DNA of 64,000 nucleotides, taken from NCBI GenBank assembly GCA_951406725.2, contig OX597826.1, positions 33,914,001-33,978,000 on the forward strand, given 5' to 3'. This document shows positions 53,911-64,000 of this stretch, piece after piece. Within the stretch, counting starts at the first letter, position 1, and every line of letters begins with the position of its first letter. This DNA is from Octopus vulgaris (taxonomy: Eukaryota). The position numbers and the translations under genes are program-made. The notes under the pieces were generated by a model. It saw only the letters and a program-made list of their open reading frames with translations, did not search any database and was not told where the DNA came from.

Positions 53911-53959
53911 CATTCCATTATTGTTGTTATTATTATTATTATTATTAGTATTAGTATTA

Positions 53960-54395
53960 AGGTGGTGAGCTGGCAGGACTATTAGCATGCTGGATGGAAT
54001 GCTTAGCGGTATTTCGCCCGTTGCTACGTTCTGAGTTCAAATCCTGCCAAGGTAAACTTTGCCTTTCATCCTTTCAGGGTTGATAAATTAAATACCAGGG
54101 AAACACTGGGGCCAATGTCATCAACTTAATCTCCTCCCGAAGCTGCCCTTGTGGCAAAAATTTTAAATCATTATTATTATTATTATGAAGGAGGTGAGCT
54201 GGCCAAATTTTTACTGCATCAAACGAAATGCTTAGCAGCAATTTCATCTGTCTTTAGGTTCTGAGTTCAAATTCAGCTGGGGACAACTTTACCTTTCATC
54301 CATTTGGCTTTCATGAAATAAGTACCAGCTGAGCATCGTGGTCAGTTTTATTGACATAATCCCCTGCCCTGAAAATGCTGGCATTGTACCATTAT
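53960..54395 (+). mobile_element. Two tandem SINE B copies (others at about 53445-53650 and 54655-54820)
   Basis: aggtggtgagctggcag.../gaggtgagctggcc... blocks. Confidence 0.85.
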
Positions 54396-54469
54396 TACAA
54401 GGGTTTGGATTAGTTGTGTGTGTGTGTGCATGCATATGTACAGGCACATATATGCACATATATATCCAT

Positions 54470-54625
54470 CGCAGCGTTACTCATTTTTGCCAGCTGAGTA
54501 AACTGGAGCAACATGAAATGAAGTGTTTTTCTCACGAACACGACACGTCAACCCTGTCCAGGAATCGAAACCACAATCTTACAATCATGGCGCTGACATC
54601 CTAACCACTAAGCCACATGCCTCCA
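54470..54625 (-). mobile_element. tRNA-derived SINE head (family D-like)
   Basis: ggaggcatgtggcttagtggttagg...ggtttcgattcc. Confidence 0.75.
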
Positions 54626-55839
54626 TTGTGCCTAGAGTAGAAATAATTATTTCGTCTAGTTGTTTAGATTCTGAGTTCAAATCCTGCCAAGGTGAACTTT
54701 GTCTTTTTAATTTATTTGAGGTCAATGAAATAAAGTACCAGTCGTGTATTGGGGCCAATGGAATTGACTAACTCTTCCCCTTAACATTTCTGGCCTTGTG
54801 CTTCCATCAGAAATAGTTATTGAGTGTTGATAGTGTAGAATATGTATCATGTTGTATTGTTTGGTGGTGATTCTGTACAGGATATATTATGAGTTGGGTA
54901 ACTGTATAACACAGTACGTATTGCATGAGCTGCCGGCGTTACAGTGTCAGATATCGATTATACAATCAGCACATATTTCACATAGTCTACAGCACAGACA
55001 AAACACTAAAATAACACCAGGAATACCAAAATAAATTCTGCAAACAAAAGCGAAATTCCTTCTCAAGCTGTCTGACAGTTAACTTCCTGTTTCTTCCGTC
55101 CTTTGTATCTTTGCTCTGTCTTTTTCTCTTTCTAATTGTCTGATAGAAATATTTGACCCATTAACATCTGTGTGGTCCGTTTAAGAGAGACACTGAGTTT
55201 GAGCAATAATTTAAGGAAGTGTCAGCAAGCAGGAACTGTCATTGGTCTTGAATTATGTCAAAACTGATCGCAATCAACTGTTTCTCAGGAAAACTTTCTT
55301 ATAAAAGACGCCTTTAACGTATCCATTCTCCCTTCTCTTTCTTCCTCGCTCATAGTTATATCTTCCATCACTTAATTAAAGAAATCTGAAGACCAACCAA
55401 CATCACCACCCACTCCAACCTAAGTTCCCCACCATATGTCTCCAAGCAATTTAAACTAGCAGGAAATTCTACTTTTAAGCTCTCGATGAAGCATACCAAA
55501 ATACAAATGTCATTTGAGTTTACTTATATAAATTGTATAAAGCTCAGATAATTGCGATGCTGTGGAGTCAGTTGACAAAATGCAAGGAATGGTGTCTGTA
55601 ACTTATTAAAGATTCTTCTGTATTTCTCTCAATTAATTTAATGCTTTTGGCAAAGGATGAAAAAACGTAATCATTTTACTGTTTCCTTCACACTTTCTAC
55701 ATCAAAGGTGACATTGCAAAGCAGTTAACATAATTCTTTAAATTGTCATTTCTTTACAAGGTTAGAAATTATAATATAAACAACTATTTATTATTATCAT
55801 TCATATCATTATTGTTGCTGTTGTTGCTGTTGTTGCTAT

Positions 55840-56061
55840 TCTTCTTCTTCTTCTTCTTCTTCTTCTTCTTCTTCTTCTTCTTCTTCTCCTTCTCCTTCTT
55901 CTTCTTCTTCTCCTTCTTCTTCTTCTTCTTCTTCTTCTTCTTCTTCTCTTCCTCTTCTTCTTCTTCTTCTTCTTCTCCTCCTCTCCTACTCTCTTTCTCT
56001 CCTTCTTCTTCCTCTTCTTCTTCTTCTTCTTCCTCTTCTACTTCTTCTTCTACTTCTTCTA

Positions 56062-56104
<43 letters not shown>

Positions 56105-56303
56105 TTCTTCTTCTTCTCCTCCTCCTTCTTCTTCTTCTTCTTCTTCTTCTTCTTCTCCTTCTTCTTCTTCTTCTTCTTCTTCTCCTCCTCCTCTCCTCCT
56201 CTCCTTCTCTTCTTCTTCTTCTTCTTCTTCTTCCTTCTTCTTCTTCTTCTTCTTCTTCTTCTTCTTCTTCTTCTTCTTCTTCTTCTTCTTCTTCTTCTTC
56301 TTC
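55840..56303. repeat. (TTC)n pyrimidine tract, about 460 bp
   Basis: Direct reading. Confidence 0.95.
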
Positions 56304-57080
56304 GCTGGCAGGATTGTTAGCACGTTGGGCAAGAAGCTTAGCACTATTTTGCCCATTGCTATGTTCTGAGTTCAAATTCCACCGAAATTGACTCTGCCTT
56401 CCATTCTTTCTGCATCAATGAACTAAATACCAGTTGAGTACTGGAGACAATGTAATTGACTGTACTCCTCCCCAAAATATTCAGGCCTTGTGCCTATAGT
56501 AGAAAGGATTATTATTATCATTATTATTATTATTATTATTATAATTAATAATGGAGTGGTTGGCGTTAGGAAGGGCATCCAGCTGTAGAAGCATTGCCAG
56601 ATAAGACCGGAGCCTGGTGCAGCCTTCTGGCTTCCCAGATCCCCAGTCGAACCGTCCAACCCATGCTAGCATGGAGAACGGACGTTAAACAATGATGATG
56701 ATGATGATGATGATGATGATTATTATTAAAATTATTATTATTATTATTATTAAAAATTATTATTATTATTATTATTATCATTATTATTATTGTTGTTGTT
56801 GTTGTTATTATTATTATTATTATTCCAAACTGATCTGGCAAGCTTTCTACAGCTGGATGCCCTTCCTAGTGCCAATGACTCTGATAGTGTAGTGGATGCT
56901 TTTTGCATGCTACCAGCACAGGAGCCAGTCAGGCGGTACTGGCAATGACCATGCTCGAATGGAGCTTTTTACATGCCACCGGTGTGGGAGCCAGTCAGGC
57001 GGCTTCTGACTTGCAGGTCCTCAGTCAAACCACCCATCCCATGCCAACATGGAAAGCAGTTGTTAAATGACAATGATGAT
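56304..57080. mobile_element. Cluster of SINE B (56304-56512) and family C fragments in both orientations
   Basis: Matches to the B and C consensus separated by (ATT)/(GAT) tracts. Confidence 0.75.
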
Positions 57081-57094
57081 TATCATCATCATCA

Positions 57095-57149
<55 letters not shown>

Positions 57150-57160
57150 CATCATCATCA

Positions 57161-57201
<41 letters not shown>

Positions 57202-57371
57202 TTTTTTTTTTTCTTCTTTCTTCAAATTTTCTTCCATTTCTTGCCAAGTGTTTTCCGTACACCTAGGGCAGAGAAGCTCATTGCATGCACTCCCAGATTA
57301 CACACACAAATTCACAGGTAAAATATGTATTTTAAAAATTAATAGATAAATAAATTCCTGAATGGATGTTG

Positions 57372-57403
<32 letters not shown>

Positions 57404-57534
57404 AATTATTATTATCATTATCATTGAAGATGCTGTACAGTATCTAGTATATTGATGTTGAAGAGCCTGTGTGTACAGAGGATTTATGCTGTCTGTCAAA
57501 TCATGTCAAGGACCTCAGACAGACTGCACTGCAG

Positions 57535-57750
57535 CAAGTTGGCAGGGTTGTTGCTGCACCAGATGAAATGCTTAGCAGCATCTCTTCCAGCTCCTTATGT
57601 TCTGGGTTCAAATACTGCCAAGGTCGACTTTACCTTACATGCTTCCAGGGTCGATAAAAACAGGACAGATGAAGTACCTGAGGCAATTGGATTGGCGAAT
57701 ACCCTCCCCACTCAAAATTACTAGCCTTGTACCTATGTTAGAAGTAATAA
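57535..57750 (+). mobile_element. SINE family B copy
   Basis: gaaatgcttagcagc...gggttcaaatactgccaaggtcgacttt. Confidence 0.75.
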
Positions 57751-57900
57751 TTATTGATATTATTATCATTATGGTAAAGAGTAATGAGATGTGTTAAGGT
57801 TTGGTACATTACGAGGCAAAATGTTTTATAACTTTATCTTCTGAATTCACATCATGGAGAGGTGTGAACATTGTTGGTAATCAAATTTATGTACACACAT

Positions 57901-57948
<48 letters not shown>

Positions 57949-58238
57949 GTATATATATGCACACACATAAATACACACACATGTACATCTAGAAATATAT
58001 ATCTGTATTTATACATGTATATGTGGTGTATGCATGTGTAAGTGTATGCATCGCTCTCTATAAATATATATATATATATATATTTTTTTACCTACAAATA
58101 CATAAATATATTAAGGTGTCCTATATTGATATGCATCACTTTTCATTGCTATATTAAATTTAATGTCTGCATATAGATTTTGTGTGTTGTTACCCAGCAA
58201 ATTGAAATGCACAACTAAGCATATATATATATGCATAC

Positions 58239-58285
<47 letters not shown>

Positions 58286-59100
58286 TACAGACACACACAT
58301 AAATATGTGTGCATGTGTATATATATAGATATATGCTCATATATTTATATATATATATATATACACAGACACACACATGTATGTAGATATATATCCCTAT
58401 ACAAAAAACATAGTTATGTAGACATAATCCATATATATTCATACACACATGTATATGTATGCAGTTCTATATTTACATTTGCATGTATATGTATGTCTAT
58501 ATTTATCTATCTATCTGTCTATATATGTGTGTGTACATACATGTCTATGTATATATATATATATACACACACACACACATATGTGTATATATGGACATAC
58601 ATATATATGTATATGTATATATACACACACACGTGCATTCAGACACATATGTATACATGCATACATACATGCATACATACGTACATATATATATATTTAT
58701 GAATCCCTTTTTGCATAGTTGTAAAAAACACCACACAAACCATTTTCATATGGTTTTCCCAATTCCTGGACACCACCTCCACCAAATCACAGCTCAACCC
58801 CATTTCCCCACCCCCATAACCATTAACATTACTATTATTACTATTATTATCAATTTATTATTATCATTAATATTATAATTATCATCTTTAGTCTTTGCTT
58901 CTCCACCCTTCCTGCTATCATATTTAATTCATAAACACATACATGCATGAGTGTGTGTGTGTGTGTGTGTGTGAGAGTACGTGTATGTGTGTGTGTGTGT
59001 GTGTACTTGTATGTGTGTGTACTTGTATGTGCATGTGCATCTGTATGTGTGTGTATACGTGTATCTGTGTGTGTATGTGTATATGTGTGTATGTGCATAT

Positions 59101-59346
59101 GTGTGTCTGTGTGTACGTCTATGTATGTGTGTGTATGTGCATCAGTGTGTGTATTTGTGCATACTTGTATGTGTGTGTGTATTTGTGCATCTGTATGTGC
59201 ATCTCTACGTGTGTGTGTGTATGTGTGTCTGTGTGTACGTCTATGTATGTGTGTGTGTATGTGCATCAGTGTGTGTATTTGTGCATACGTGTATGTGTGT
59301 GTGTATTTGTGCATCTGTATGTGCATCTCTACGTGTGTGTGTGTAT
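59101..59346. repeat. Tandem duplication of about 122 bp within a (TG)-rich tract
   Basis: gtgtgtctgtgtgtacgtctatg...gcatctctacgtg occurs twice. Confidence 0.85.
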
Positions 59347-60176
59347 GTGATTAGGTGTTTCTGTGTATGTGTATCTGTGTGTGATCGGGTATACGTGTGT
59401 GTATATGCATCTGTACGTGTGTGTCTGTGTTTCTGTTTGTACGTATATGTATGTGTGTATATGTGCATCTGCGTGTGTGTGTGTATTCGTGTGTACGCAT
59501 ATGCATGTGTGTGTATGTGCATCTGTGCATGTGCATGTGTGTGCATGTGCGTGTTGTATTTATTCTGCTGTTCTTCTCTCTCTCCTCTCTCCTGAAAGTG
59601 AGTAAGAGAAGTTTTAGCAAAATAAAGGAGCTCCAAAGAGTAACAGCATCATAAAAACAAGGGAAAGAGGCCTCCACAGTGTAAACAGATCTGCAATATT
59701 GCCTAATAAAGCTATAAGTTTGACCTTAGCTACTCAGACATGGATTCCCATGTGGCTCCTACTGATTGATCATTGCAGTAAACAGCTGGAGCCGAGTGGA
59801 GTAGGGAGGAGCAGGGTGGAGCAGGAAGTAAGGGTGGGCTGTTGTGGAGAGGCTTGGTTTTAAATTTGCTTTTGATTTCATTTTTGTTTCTGTTTCGTTT
59901 TGATTTGTTTGTTGTTATCTGGAAGAAGAGGAAAAGATGTTTTAACTTCCTTTAGTGTAGGAGTATTTTTTACGTTAAAAGCTACACCCACACACACACA
60001 CATATTGACATGTATTTATATATACACACACACATACTGCATATATATATATATATATATATATAATATGTATATATATATACACACACACATATACACA
60101 ATATATATGTACATACATATATATATAAATATACATATATACATATATGCACACACACACCTATGCAAGGGTATCT

Positions 60177-60215
<39 letters not shown>

Positions 60216-60689
60216 GCATATATATATATGTGTGTATGTATGTATATATATGTGTGTGTATATACATATGTGTGTGTGCATATGTGTATATATTTATATT
60301 CACACTCAAACCGACTTGTATTATTTTCTTAATATCCGAGTTAGTGTGTGTGTGATTGTGTATGTATATGTATGAGTATGTGTGTGTGTGTGTCTGTCTG
60401 TGTATGTGTGTGTGTGTGCGTCTGTAGTCTCTGCTTCCACTGATGTTGGAACATCGAGGCTCTGTTATTTTACGTAGTAAGTAGGGTGTAATTACATCAT
60501 GCAGCTAAGGTTCAACAACTTCAATAAATCTCTCGTTATCTCTGTCCTGATATGTGTGTGTGCATGGATGTGTATGTGTTGGTGCTTCTTGTGTGTGTGT
60601 GCGCGTGTGTATGTGTGTGCATGTGTGTGTCTATATACACAGACACATACACACACATGAATACATAATCCTCTTACATATGTATAAAC

Positions 60690-60720
<31 letters not shown>

Positions 60721-60806
60721 TATGTGTGTGTATGTTTGTATGTATATATATGTATGAATGTATATATGTATGTATGTACATATGTATGTATGTATCTATC
60801 TATCTT

Positions 60807-62186
<1,380 letters not shown>

Positions 62187-62284
62187 TATATATTAAATGA
62201 TGATGATGTTAATGATAATAATAATAATAATATATATATGCTCACAGACTGACACATATATTATTTTTTATTAGTTCACTTTTA

Positions 62285-62354
<70 letters not shown>

Positions 62355-62390
62355 GAAGGTTTGAAAATGCAATTTTAAAAGATGTTTATT

Positions 62391-62433
62391 TACTTGACCG
62401 GTTTCACTTTTTTAGAAAAAATTGTCAAAAGTA
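62391..62433 (-). ncRNA. Degenerate type I hammerhead motif
   Basis: Minus strand: tactt-ttgacaa-(T-rich/A-rich stem)-GAAA-ccgg-TC-aagta; perfect 5-bp stem I and palindromic stem III; 5' core mutated. Confidence 0.5.
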
Positions 62434-62480
62434 ACATGTAAAAGCTTGGTTGTGTTAGGTACTGGTTGGCACCAAATATT

Positions 62481-62521
<41 letters not shown>

Positions 62522-62834
62522 TCTTTGATAATAATAAGAATATGTTAAGAACAGTTTACAAGGGAAAATCTTGGGAAAATATAAAAAAGTTTAACAAGTT
62601 CATTAAAATATTGGGCACAAAAGATTACAATATATATATACATTCTTAAGAAAAGGTAAAAAACAGTTTCCAGAAAGAATTATTAAAAAGTTCAGAGGAA
62701 TATTGGTATTGTATCTGTATATATATACACAGAAAATTATAAGTTCAAATAGGTTACGTTTTAGTAGTAGGGTAGTTTTAACTGACCTGATTCACCATAT
62801 TATCGTAAAAGACTATTTTAAATAAAAAAAATAG

Positions 62835-62902
62835 TAACGACAGACGAAATACCACTTAAGCATTTCGTCTGGCATGCTAACGTTTCTGCCAGCTCGTCGC
62901 CC
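62835..62902 (-). mobile_element. SINE B head fragment
   Basis: gacagacgaaatacc..taagcatttcg..gctaacg.ttctgccagctcg. Confidence 0.75.
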
Positions 62903-62910
62903 TTTACTCA

Positions 62911-63990
62911 TAAGCCCATAGATATAGTGACAGACAAAACTAAGCCCATAGATATAGTGACAGACGAAACTAAGGCCACAGATATAGTGACAGACAAAAC
63001 TAAGTCCATAGATATAGTGACAGACAAGACTAAGCCCATAGATATAGTGACAGACAAAACTAAGTCCATAGATATAGTGACAGACAAAACTAAGTCCATA
63101 GATATAGTGACAGACAAAACTAAGTCCATTGATATAGTGACAGACAAAACTAAATCCATAGATATAGGGACAGACAAAACTAAATCCATAGATATAGGAA
63201 CAGACAAAACTAAGTCCATAGATATAGTGACAAACAAAACTAAGTCCATAGATATAGTGACAGACAAAACTAAGTCCATAGATATAGTGACAGACAAAAC
63301 TAAGCCCATAGATATAGTGACAGACAAAACTAAGTCCATAGATATAGTCACAGACAAGACTAAGCCCATAGATATAGTGACAGACAAAAACTAAGTCCAT
63401 AGATATAGTGACAGACAAAACTAAGTCCATAGATATAGTGACAAACAAAACTAAGTCCATAGATATAGTGACAGACAAAACTAAGCCCATAGATATAGTG
63501 ACAGACAAAACTAAGTCCATAGATATAGTGACAGACAAAACTAAGTCCATTGATATAGTGACAGACAAAACTAAATCCATAGATATAGGGACAGACAAAA
63601 CTAAATCCATAGATATAGGAACAGACAAAACTAAGTCCATTGATATAGTGACAGACAAAATTAAGTCCATAGATATAGTGACAGACAAAACTAAGTCCAT
63701 AGATATAGTGACAGACAAAACTAAGCCCATAGATATAGTGACAGACAAAACTAAGTCCATAGATATAGTGACAGACAAAACTAAGCCCATAGATATAGTG
63801 ACAGACAAAACTAAGTCCATAGATATAGTGACAGACAAAATTAAGTCCATAGATATAGTGACAGACAGAACTAAGCCCATAGATATAGTGACAGACAAAA
63901 CTAAGCCCATAGATATAGTGACAGACAAAACTAAGTCCATAGATATAGTGACAAACAAAACTAAGTCCATAGATATAGTGACTGACCAAA
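62911..63990. repeat. 30-bp minisatellite, about 36 units
   Basis: Unit taagtccatagatatagtgacagacaaaac; one 1-nt insertion near 63390. Confidence 0.98.
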
Positions 63991-64000
63991 TATGATTATA

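Noticed and set aside
55743-56375. Poly-S/F/E/K/R ORFs
   Set aside because: (TTC)n tract open in several frames
62911-63990. CRISPR-like array, or a protein with 10-aa repeats
   Set aside because: Units are contiguous with no unique spacers and there are no cas genes in this eukaryotic context. Long ORFs on both strands follow from a stop-free 30-mer and are frameshifted at about 63390.

Overview
AT-rich, microsatellite-saturated eukaryotic DNA with no supportable host protein-coding exon. It is probably intronic or intergenic. The SINE repertoire looks like that of an octopod cephalopod (my recognition, not a database result). Almost all listed ORFs are translations of (TA)n, (CA)n, (AAT)n, (GAT)n or (GAA)n repeats. 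Supportable content: four or five SINE-like families in many copies (family letters A-D are my own labels); 3' fragments of RTE, CR1/L2-like and R4/Dong LINEs; a decayed Ty3/Gypsy pol; a full-length decayed Tc1 plus other Tc1/mariner remnants; a piggyBac-type MITE; local tandem duplications; and a 30-bp minisatellite. The most striking signal is a set of type I hammerhead-ribozyme motifs (CUGANGA...GAAA...UH), read by eye in at least six unrelated repeats. Several lie in inverted repeats and most sit in or beside (TA)n/(AAT)n, as expected for Penelope-like elements. One family joins a tRNA-derived Pol III head to a hammerhead-bearing tail and occurs as head-to-head palindromes. Repeat boundaries are approximate.
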